Positions 1-7,308 of a stretch of 64,000 bases of DNA are shown one piece after another. The first letter of the stretch is position 1; every line of letters starts with the position of its first letter. The stretch is taken from NCBI GenBank assembly GCA_965233135.1, contig CBDDRM010000185.1, positions 9,290 to 73,289 of the forward strand, read 5' to 3'. The notes under the pieces are model-generated. The model had not been told where the DNA came from and ran no database searches. It saw nothing but the letters and a program-made list of their open reading frames with translations. The position numbers and the translations under genes were made by a program. This DNA comes from an uncultured bacterium. GTDB lineage: Bacteria > Pseudomonadota > Gammaproteobacteria > Burkholderiales > JACQAP01.

Positions 1-1041
1 GGCGTCGCGCAGGATCAGGCCCAGGCAGCAAAATGGTTCCGTATGTCCGCAGAGCAAGGCAATGCCGACGCCCAGGAAAATCTTGCATCGTTATTGTTTT
101 TTGGTCGCGGGGTTGAACAGGATTATGCGGAGGCCGCGAAGTGGTACGCCAAAGTCGCAGAGCAGGGGCGCGCCTATCCTCAATACCTGATGGGCTGGAT
201 GTACGACCAGGGGCGCGGCGTCGTGCAGGACTTCGCGAAAGCCGCGTCGTGGTACCGCAAGGCCGCTGAACAGAATGATGCGCGGGCGCAGGCCGCCTTG
301 GGGTTTCTCTACTATGCAGGCAAAGGCGTTGCGCAGGATCCGGTGGCAGCGGTGAAGTGGCTGCACAAGGCGGCTGCGCAGAGTGAAACTTCGGCGTATG
401 CGGGGCTCGCCTGGGCTTATTATCAGGGCAAGGGTGCTGCCCAGGATTACGCGGAAGCGGTGAAGTGGTTTCGCATGGCCGCGCAGGCAGGCGACGCACA
501 ATCGGCGTACACGCTGGGCTATTTGTATGAAGACGGCAAAGGTGTCCCGGCGGATGGAGCCGAAGCGGCCATGTGGTATGAGAAGGCTGCCGCAGCCGGC
601 ATTCGGGAAGCCATGGAAAGCTTGGGTGCCTTGTATTTTTTTGGCAAAGGCGTATCGCAGGATTATTCCGCGGCCGCAAAATGGTACAGAGGGCCTGCCG
701 AAAAAGGCAGCGCCTATGCGCAGTATCTTCTTGGCTATTTGCATGCAGAGGGCAAAGGAGTTGCCGCTGATCCCGCGCAAGCGATGAAGTGGTATGCGCT
801 CGCAGCAGAACAAGGCGAACCGCGTGCGCAAAGTCATCTGGGCTGGATGCTCTGGGAAGGCAAAGGCATAGCGCAGGATGCGGTGAAAGCGCACATGTGG
901 ACTAACCTGGCAGCCTCGAAACTCAGTGGAGAAGAGGCCGAGCGTGTCGCAAAGGTGCGTGATTTCATTGCTTCCAGGCTAACGCCCGACCAGCTCGCGC
1001 AAGCGCAGGAATTGGCTCGTACCTGGCGACCGCGCGAATAG
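1..1041 (+). CDS. Sel1-type (TPR-like) repeat protein, 5' end outside window
   Basis: Frame 1 is open from nt 1, and the upstream residues GVAQDQAQAAKWFR continue the repeat pattern. Tandem ~36-aa repeats of the form A..W..KAAEQG.A.AQ..LG..Y..G.GV.QD fill the whole product. Confidence 0.85.
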   Translation, partial: GVAQDQAQAAKWFRMSAEQGNADAQENLASLLFFGRGVEQDYAEAAKWYAKVAEQGRAYPQYLMGWMYDQGRGVVQDFAKAASWYRKAAEQNDARAQAALGFLYYAGKGVAQDPVAAVKWLHKAAAQSETSAYAGLAWAYYQGKGAAQDYAEAVKWFRMAAQAGDAQSAYTLGYLYEDGKGVPADGAEAAMWYEKAAAAGIREAMESLGALYFFGKGVSQDYSAAAKWYRGPAEKGSAYAQYLLGYLHAEGKGVAADPAQAMKWYALAAEQGEPRAQSHLGWMLWEGKGIAQDAVKAHMWTNLAASKLSGEEAERVAKVRDFIASRLTPDQLAQAQELARTWRPRE

Positions 1042-1121
1042 AGCCTGCTATCCCGCGTCACATCCAAAGGCCGGAAGGTGGTTACCCGATTTGCATGGTC
1101 GCTTCAGGCGTTGTTACAAAT

Positions 1122-2300
1122 CTACTTCACGCGATATTTTTTGAGCACTTTGGGATTCAGATCCATGCCCAGCCCGGGGCGATCGGACAAGGTGATCTCC
1201 CCGTTCTTGTCCACCAGCAAGGGTTCCGTCACGAGCTCATCCATAAGTGCGTGAGCAGGGAAAACGGTTTCGGCCATGGAGCCATTGCGCACCGCGCCCA
1301 GCAGGTGCACCGCTGCCGCCACGGCCACGGCGGAGCCGTGGATATGCGGGGCGATAGGTAGGTTAGCCGCCTGTGCCATGTGGGCGATTTTCAGGGTTTC
1401 CGTAATGCCGCCGGCCCAGGCCACGTCGGGCTGCACGAAATGCACGGCGCGCGCCGCGATATAGTCGTTGAAATCGACGATGCCATAGCTGCAGGTTTCG
1501 TACCCCGCTACCGCAATGCCCACCTTGGCGGCAACTTCGGCACTGCCGCGCACGTCGTCCGGTGAAACGGGTTCCTCATACCAATAGATACCGTGGCGTT
1601 CCATCGCGCGGCCCATGCGCACCGCGGTGGGCACATCCCATGCGCCATTGGCATCCACCATGAGTTTGACGGCGGGGCCGACCGCGTCCCGCACTGCAGC
1701 GACGCGCTTCAGGTCCTGCTCGAGCGTAACCTCGCATTGGCCGGCGTTATCCATCACGCGCAACGGCGAAAGCTCAATGCCGGCATTGCGGCCCACTTTC
1801 ATCTTAACCGCGCGGAATCCATGTCTGACATACGCTTGCATCTCGCTCGACAATTCTTTGATGCCCTTGCCGTGCGCATAGAATCCACCCGTTGCATACG
1901 CGGGCACGCGCTGACGATAGCCGCCCAGCAATCGCCACAGCGGCATGCCCGCCATCTTGCCGCGCAAATCCCACAGTGCGATATCGATGCCGCTGATCGC
2001 CGCGATGACGATGCCGCCGCGCGCATGCTTGTAGGCGCGCCGGTGCATCATCTCCCAGAGGTATTCGATATTGCGCGGGTCCTGACCGATCAGATAGTTG
2101 CGCAATTCATGTTCAATGACTTGGGAAGTCGACGCCATCGGGCCGCCAAAATGCGCGGCTTCTCCCAATCCGACAAGGCCCTGATCTGTTTCGACTTCGA
2201 CCAGCAGCGCAGGCTTTGTCGCCATGGTGTAGTTGGCGTCGTAGACCGGTTGCGAGAGCGTAACTTCGACAGCTAGCGTGCGGACGTTGGTAATGCGCAT
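1122..2300 (-). CDS. Enolase-superfamily enzyme (mandelate racemase/muconate lactonizing family; acid-sugar dehydratase or cycloisomerase-like)
   Basis: 392-aa ORF. It shows the KxK motif (VKMKVG), metal-ligand contexts VDANGAW / YWYEEP / AGYETC, and a C-terminal HIHGS. The substrate cannot be assigned from sequence alone. Confidence 0.85.
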   Translation of the reverse strand: MRITNVRTLAVEVTLSQPVYDANYTMATKPALLVEVETDQGLVGLGEAAHFGGPMASTSQVIEHELRNYLIGQDPRNIEYLWEMMHRRAYKHARGGIVIAAISGIDIALWDLRGKMAGMPLWRLLGGYRQRVPAYATGGFYAHGKGIKELSSEMQAYVRHGFRAVKMKVGRNAGIELSPLRVMDNAGQCEVTLEQDLKRVAAVRDAVGPAVKLMVDANGAWDVPTAVRMGRAMERHGIYWYEEPVSPDDVRGSAEVAAKVGIAVAGYETCSYGIVDFNDYIAARAVHFVQPDVAWAGGITETLKIAHMAQAANLPIAPHIHGSAVAVAAAVHLLGAVRNGSMAETVFPAHALMDELVTEPLLVDKNGEITLSDRPGLGMDLNPKVLKKYRVK

Positions 2301-2412
2301 GGCTTAAACCTTTTTTGAGTTCTTGTGTAAACATTTTTAGTGGAACGATCGCGCTGCTGAAAAAATAAGCAGCCCTAACGGGAACATCAGTTGTAATACT
2401 GAGTCGCGCAGA

Positions 2413-2457
2413 TTGCCACATGCAATCCACAAGGTTATCCACAGAATTTGTGGATAT
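2413..2457. promoter_or_regulatory. Cluster of DnaA-box-like 9-mers in an AT-rich intergenic region
   Basis: TTATCCACA at 2435-2443 is a perfect consensus DnaA box. An inverted TGTGGATAT at 2449-2457 matches 8/9 after a 5-nt spacer. Weaker same-orientation sites are CAATCCACA (ending 2431, 7/9) and ATTGCCACA (ending 2420, 6/9). The three CCACA cores end 11-12 bp apart. AT-rich sequence GATATAAATATTTCGAAAATTTAC follows. Confidence 0.4.
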
Positions 2458-2834
2458 AAATATTTCGAAAATTTACTTTCTATTCACCTTACAACAGTAC
2501 CTTGTTGTCGGGGACAGGCGACAGTTTGCACCGGATGCAATGATGCACTGATCGCCGCATGATACTGTTACAGGCTCCCACACTTGATGACATCGCCGGT
2601 CTTGTAAGGTGGGCCAGCACGTCAATATCGTTACACGCAAGCCCTCTGCCGAGAGTGAGTGCTTTATCGTCATCGGATTGATGCCGCAGCCGGACTACGT
2701 CAAACCGGCCATGCGGCGGCATGCGGGCCATAACTTGGCCGGCTTTCGAAAGAAAAGCCAGGTCCGGGACGCGACATCGACTGCTGCTGACAAAAGTGCG
2801 CTCTCGCTTTCATCACATCCACGGAGATTCTTCC

Positions 2835-3680
2835 TTGCCCCGTTTTGCTGCCAATCTGCATTACTTGTTCAGTGAGTTGCCGTTTCTGGAGCGCTTCGAC
2901 GCGGCTGCGGCCGCTGGATTCCAGGCGGTGGAGTTTCAGGTGCCCTATGATTTCCCGGCTGCCGAACTCATGGCCCGGCTGCGTTCCAATGGGCTGCAAA
3001 TGGTGCTGTTCGACGCGCCCATGGGCGACTGGCATCGCGGCGACCGCGGACTTGCGGCCGTTCCGGGCAGGGAAAAGGAGTTTCGCGACAGCCTTGCGCG
3101 CGTGATCGACTACGGTACTGCGCTTGAGTGCAGCACCGTGCATTTAATGGCGGGGGTGGTCGGCCCCGGCGCGGATTACGCCGTAGCCGAGAAAACCTAC
3201 ATCGCAAATCTCACGCATGCCGCCGCAGTGCTGGGCGAGCACGGCATGACCGGCGTCATCGAACCGATCAATAAAAAAATGGGCATCGTGCAAAACGGAC
3301 CCAGCTACACCACGCAAGGAATGCATGGTTATTTCTTGAATCACACCGTGCACGCACGCCGTGTGCTGGAAGAGATCGACAGCCCGCATCTGCGCCTGCA
3401 CCTGGATTGCTATCACATGCAGATGCTCGAAGGCCATCTTGCCGAGACCATTCACGAGCACATCCGATTGCTGCGGCATGTTCAGATCGCGGGCGTCCCG
3501 GGCCGCCATGAGCCGGATGTCGGAGAAATCAATTATCCCTATCTATTCGGTTTGCTCGATGAGCTGGGTTATGAAGGATGGATCGGGTGCGAATACCGTC
3601 CCCGTACTGACACCTGGTCCGGATTGGGCTGGGCCGCGGCGTTCGGCATCCGCGCTGGTCGAATGGCCCATCCGAAGTAA
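2835..3680 (+). CDS. hyi: Hydroxypyruvate isomerase family protein (Hyi/OtnI-like TIM-barrel isomerase)
   Basis: The translation from LPRFAANLHYLF... is colinear with E. coli Hyi (MLRFSANLSMLF...IEPIN...HLQIAD..GR.EPG.GEINY.YLF...GW.GCEY.P). Proposed start is TTG at 2835, 6 nt after GGAGAT. The 38 upstream codons of the 2721 ORF have no Hyi counterpart. An internal insertion (KKMGIVQNGPSYTTQGMHGY) is present relative to Hyi. Confidence 0.78.
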   Translation: MPRFAANLHYLFSELPFLERFDAAAAAGFQAVEFQVPYDFPAAELMARLRSNGLQMVLFDAPMGDWHRGDRGLAAVPGREKEFRDSLARVIDYGTALECSTVHLMAGVVGPGADYAVAEKTYIANLTHAAAVLGEHGMTGVIEPINKKMGIVQNGPSYTTQGMHGYFLNHTVHARRVLEEIDSPHLRLHLDCYHMQMLEGHLAETIHEHIRLLRHVQIAGVPGRHEPDVGEINYPYLFGLLDELGYEGWIGCEYRPRTDTWSGLGWAAAFGIRAGRMAHPK

Positions 3681-3707
3681 GCGCTGACGCTAGCGCCTGA
3701 GAAAAAA

Positions 3708-3731
3708 AGAGGGGTGCTTGCGCACCCCTCT
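3708..3731 (-). terminator. Rho-independent terminator hairpin (T-run on minus strand)
   Basis: Perfect 10-bp stem AGAGGGGTGC/GCACCCCTCT with a 4-nt loop. It is preceded on the plus strand by GAAAAAAA, which is a T-tract after the hairpin on the minus strand. It sits between the hyi stop and the end of a minus-strand small ORF. Confidence 0.6.
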
Positions 3732-3734
3732 GAA

Positions 3735-3756
3735 CCACGTAAATAAATTTACGTGG
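3735..3756. repeat. Perfect 22-bp palindrome CCACGTAAATAAATTTACGTGG
   Basis: 10-bp arms with a 2-nt centre, located 3 nt from the terminator hairpin. Function is unknown; it could be a second hairpin or a dimeric protein-binding site. Confidence 0.7.
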
Positions 3757-3821
3757 GGGAGGACCTTGACCCAGTTACGGCTCGACAGACTCGGCCGGAC
3801 CTCGCGCGACCAAGCGGCGCA

Positions 3822-3971
3822 TCAGGGCAGGTATGGGAAAGTGCTGCTGTCCTTGGAGGACAAATCCAGCAAGCGCTTGTCGAGTGGCGCCTGGGTCCGC
3901 GGTTTGGCCGCTTGCGGCTCGGGACCATCGAACTCATACAGGCGGAGCAGGGCTTCGAATAGCGATTTCAT
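3822..3971 (-). CDS. Candidate small protein (49 aa), not in the ORF track (<60 aa)
   Basis: ATG at 3971 is preceded by GGAGAC with 4 nt (GCAC) between it and the ATG. Translation is MKSLFEALLRLYEFDGPEPQAAKPRTQAPLDKRLLDLSSKDSSTFPYLP. Third-position G/C is high, as in the flanking real genes. It lies divergent from the LysR gene at 4084 and upstream of the 3708-3731 terminator. I recognise no family. Confidence 0.35.
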   Translation of the reverse strand: MKSLFEALLRLYEFDGPEPQAAKPRTQAPLDKRLLDLSSKDSSTFPYLP

Positions 3972-4001
3972 GTGCGTCTCCACATAGCGTATGCGACGGT
4001 G

Positions 4002-4037
4002 AGACTTTAGTCTTATGCCCGAAAAACCACTAGACTA
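4002..4037. promoter_or_regulatory. Inverted-repeat half-sites in the LysR divergent promoter region (candidate operator)
   Basis: AGACT-TT-AGTCT palindrome at 4002-4013, plus TAGTCT (4008-4013) and AGACTA (4032-4037) as an inverted repeat with an 18-nt spacer. The local sequence is AT-rich. LysR regulators typically bind interrupted dyads in such divergent regions. Confidence 0.3.
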
Positions 4038-4083
4038 GAAAAACGAATAGGATTTATGCAAATAAAGTGATAACTTGTCAGCA

Positions 4084-5034
4084 ATGGATCGACTGTATCA
4101 GATGCGGCTTTTCGTGCGAGTGGTAGAAACGGGCAGTTTTTCTGCGGTCGCCCGCGAACTGGGCACGATCCAGCCCACAATCAGCAAGCAACTGACTGCT
4201 TTGGAAGAACATTTAAGCGTACGCCTGCTGCAGCGCACGACTCGGCAACTCAGCACGACGGAGGCAGGACGCAAATATTACGATCGCTGCCGGCATATTC
4301 TCGACGAAATAACCGACCTCGAAGGCAGCCTGACGGTATTGCAAAACAGCCCTACCGGGTTACTGCGCGTCAATGCGCCCGTAGCATTCGGTCAGCTTTA
4401 CATGTTGCCGCTTATGTTTCGCTTCCGCCGGCTGTATCCCGGTCTGGCCATGGATCTGACCCTGAATGACCGCTATGTCGATCTGGTGCAGGAGGGCATC
4501 GATGTCGCCATCCGCTTTGGTGAATTGTCCGATTCGCAGGTTGTCGCCCGCAGCATAGGTCGCGTTACACGGGTGTGCGTCGCGAGTCCTGCCTACTTGC
4601 GCGCACGGGGCGTTCCCAAGGTGCCCAACGATCTGTTGTCCCACAACTGCATTACCTATAACTACCTGTTCACCAATGAATGGCAATTTGGCGGCCCCCA
4701 GGGGCCAACCACGCTACGCGTGGGCGGAGACTTCCGTGCCAATAGCGCGCTCACGATCCGCACCGCGGCGCTGGAGGGCATCGGTATCGCCAACATGCCC
4801 GGCGTGTTCGTGCAACAGGATCTGGACAATGGAAGTCTAATTCAGGTTCTCGCCGACTTTGCCCCGGCGCCGGTGGAGATCCACGCGCTTTATCCGTCCG
4901 CGAGATTTCTCGCCAGCAAAGTCAGGCTGTTGCTGGATTTCCTGCGCGATGAATTTCTGCAGATACCTGCGTTGCAGGCGCCCGTCGCGAAACCCAAACG
5001 TGTTCCGCGCATCCGCGCGAAAGTGGCCGGTTGA
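4084..5034 (+). CDS. LysR-family transcriptional regulator
   Basis: N-terminal HTH MDRLYQMRLFVRVVETGSFSAVARELGTIQPTISKQLTALEEHL followed by a LysR substrate-binding-type C-terminal domain. ATG at 4084 is preferred over the TTG at 4075. Confidence 0.9.
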   Translation: MDRLYQMRLFVRVVETGSFSAVARELGTIQPTISKQLTALEEHLSVRLLQRTTRQLSTTEAGRKYYDRCRHILDEITDLEGSLTVLQNSPTGLLRVNAPVAFGQLYMLPLMFRFRRLYPGLAMDLTLNDRYVDLVQEGIDVAIRFGELSDSQVVARSIGRVTRVCVASPAYLRARGVPKVPNDLLSHNCITYNYLFTNEWQFGGPQGPTTLRVGGDFRANSALTIRTAALEGIGIANMPGVFVQQDLDNGSLIQVLADFAPAPVEIHALYPSARFLASKVRLLLDFLRDEFLQIPALQAPVAKPKRVPRIRAKVAG

Positions 5035-5158
5035 TCGGCGCGCGGCTTAGAATACGCGCCGCAACTGCGCTTCGATTCCACGCTATCCGGACGCGGCGCT
5101 TGAAAGGAAACAGTTTTCTCACCGGGCACTGCGTCGCCGCGATGTGTTGAAGGAACCC

Positions 5159-7144
5159 ATGGCAAAAAAACCCAATGCTTATACCGCCGAGGACATCGAG
5201 ATCCTCGAGGACCTTTCCCCGATCCTGCATCGGCCCGGGATGTACACGGACCCGGCGAACCCGAATCACGCGCTGGTCGAGATTATTGACAACGCGGCCG
5301 ACGAAGGACTGGCGGGATTCGCGAAGACTGTCGAAGTGCTGCTTTATGAGGACGGTTCGGCGGAAGTCAGCGACGATGGGCGCGGCATTCCGGTGGATAT
5401 TCACCCCAAGAAAAAAGTACCGGCCGTGCAGGTCATTTTCACCACGCTGCATTCCGGCGGCAAGTTTCGCAAGACGGACAAGGATGCGGCGTACCGCATT
5501 GCCGGCGGGCTGCACGGCGTGGGCGTTTGCGTGCCCAACGCGCTGTCATCGCGGCTCGAAGTGGAAGTCAAACGCGAGGCCGAAAAAAACCGCATCGTGT
5601 TTGCCGACAATGGCAAAGTGAAAGAGCCGCTCAGAAAAATCGGGACAGTCGGTCCGCGCGAAACCGGCACGCGCGTGCGTTTCTGGCCGGACCCGAGGTA
5701 TTTCGATTCGCCGAAAATCAATGCTGTGGATATCGCCGCATTGTTGCGCGCCAAGGCCATGCTCCTGCCGGGCGTCAAGTTTTCGCTGGCGATAGAAAAA
5801 AACCGCAAATTTGAAACGCAGACCTGGCATTTCCCGGAGGGGATCAAGGGATATTTCGCATCGGCGATGGCGGGACAGGAACCGGTCGCGGACACTTTTC
5901 TTGGGGAACGCTACATCGCTGCCCAATCCGAGACCGATAACTTCGCCGAGGGCGAAGGCGCGATGTGGGCGATTGCGTGGACACCGGAAGGCGAATTGAT
6001 CACGGAATCCTATGTCAACATGATTCCCACACGCGTGGGCGGCACCCACGTCGCAGGGCTGCGCGAAGGCGTTTATAACGCGATCAAGAATTTCATCGAT
6101 CTGCACGCGATGGGCCAGCGCGGACTCAAGGTCGTGCCCGAGGATGTCTGGTCGCGAACTTCTTATGTGCTGGCGGTCAAGATGCTCGATCCCCAGTTCA
6201 AGGGCCAGGTGAAAAACGAGCTGATTTCGCGCGACGCCGTCAAACTGACTGCACAAATGGTGCGCGATCCGTTCGAGTTGTGGTTGAACCAGCACGTCGA
6301 TGAGGGCAAGCGCATCGCCGAACTGGTCATCAGCCAGGCCAATGCGCGCACGCGGGCCGCGCAGAAAGTGGAGCGGCGCAAGCAGTCCGGGGTGGCGGTG
6401 TTGCCTGGAAAACTGACCGACTGCGCCTCTGAAGATCCCGAGCGCAACGAGTTGTTCATCGTCGAAGGCGATTCGGCGGGCGGGTCGGCGAAGCAGGCGC
6501 GCGACAAGGAATTCCAGGCGGTGCTGCCGCTGAAGGGCAAGCCCAAGAATACCTGGCAGGACAGCGCCGATACGCTATATGCCAACAAGGAGATCGAAGC
6601 CATTGCGCTGGCGATCGGCGTGGACCACCACAAGGCGGGCGACAATGTCGACCTGGGCGGCCTGCGATATCGCAAGATCATCGTGCTGGCCGACGCGGAT
6701 GTCGACGGCGCGCACATCCAGGTTTTGTTGCTGACGCTTTTCTTCAGGCATTTTCCAAAGCTCATCGAGCGCGGCAATGTGTTCGTGGCGCAGCCGCCGC
6801 TGTTTCGCATCGACGTGCCCTCGCAGGGCAAAGGCAAACCGGCGCGAAAACTCTACGCGCTTGACAAGCAGGAACTCGAAGGCATCGAGGAGAAACTCGT
6901 CGATGAGGGATTCAAGCCGGATTCCTGGGCAGTCAGCCGCTTCAAAGGCCTGGGGGAGATGAATCCCGAGCAGTTGTGGGAAACCACCCTCAATCCCGAC
7001 ACGCGCCGCATGCTGCCAGTGCAGCTGGACGAGGGTGAGAACATATCCATCGATATCTTCAACATGATGATGTCGCGTGAGAATGCATCCCAGCGCCGCG
7101 AGTGGATGGAGACTTATGGCAATCTCGTCGAAGCCGATATTTGA
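5159..7144 (+). CDS. parE: DNA topoisomerase IV subunit B
   Basis: GHKL ATPase and Toprim motifs are present (HRPGMYT, EIIDNAADE, GGLHGVG, ELFIVEGDSAGGSAKQARD, ADADVDGAHI). The ~660-aa length lacks the GyrB-specific insertion. It lies directly upstream of parC. ATG at 5159 follows AAGGAA. Confidence 0.93.
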   Translation: MAKKPNAYTAEDIEILEDLSPILHRPGMYTDPANPNHALVEIIDNAADEGLAGFAKTVEVLLYEDGSAEVSDDGRGIPVDIHPKKKVPAVQVIFTTLHSGGKFRKTDKDAAYRIAGGLHGVGVCVPNALSSRLEVEVKREAEKNRIVFADNGKVKEPLRKIGTVGPRETGTRVRFWPDPRYFDSPKINAVDIAALLRAKAMLLPGVKFSLAIEKNRKFETQTWHFPEGIKGYFASAMAGQEPVADTFLGERYIAAQSETDNFAEGEGAMWAIAWTPEGELITESYVNMIPTRVGGTHVAGLREGVYNAIKNFIDLHAMGQRGLKVVPEDVWSRTSYVLAVKMLDPQFKGQVKNELISRDAVKLTAQMVRDPFELWLNQHVDEGKRIAELVISQANARTRAAQKVERRKQSGVAVLPGKLTDCASEDPERNELFIVEGDSAGGSAKQARDKEFQAVLPLKGKPKNTWQDSADTLYANKEIEAIALAIGVDHHKAGDNVDLGGLRYRKIIVLADADVDGAHIQVLLLTLFFRHFPKLIERGNVFVAQPPLFRIDVPSQGKGKPARKLYALDKQELEGIEEKLVDEGFKPDSWAVSRFKGLGEMNPEQLWETTLNPDTRRMLPVQLDEGENISIDIFNMMMSRENASQRREWMETYGNLVEADI

Positions 7145-7308
7145 CCGGCCGTTGGCATCGGGGCACGACGCGGCGGTTGCGCAGATGAATCAATAGATGG
7201 CGCCAGGCGCATCGCCTGATCAAAAGACAGTCATCGCCAGGGCAAGGCGCGAATCCCGCTTTGACGACGTCAAGCCCTCACGATAATCACGATAGTCACG
7301 GATCCAAT

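Noticed and set aside
2301-2834. Interpretation of the DnaA-box cluster as the chromosomal replication origin.
   Set aside because: - There is only one perfect box and one near-perfect box.
- There is no dnaA, dnaN, gidA or parAB context, and no clear array of AT-rich 13-mers.
- Gene orientation does not switch here.
- It is kept only as a candidate DnaA-binding regulatory or titration site.
2473-2875. Tracked ORFs inside the long enolase-hyi spacer (2473-2673(-), 2489-2731(-), 2609-2875(+)).
   Set aside because: They have no SD-like sequence, poor codon bias, mutually overlapping frames and no recognisable motifs, so they were treated as non-coding leader or promoter sequence.
3718-4033. 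Tracked ORFs 3718-3987(+), 3753-3962(+), 3749-3937(-) and 3833-4033(+) in the hyi-LysR spacer.
   Set aside because: - They overlap each other and the terminator/palindrome.
- They lack ribosome-binding sites.
- The untracked 49-codon minus-strand frame has the better SD and terminator arrangement, although it remains unproven itself.
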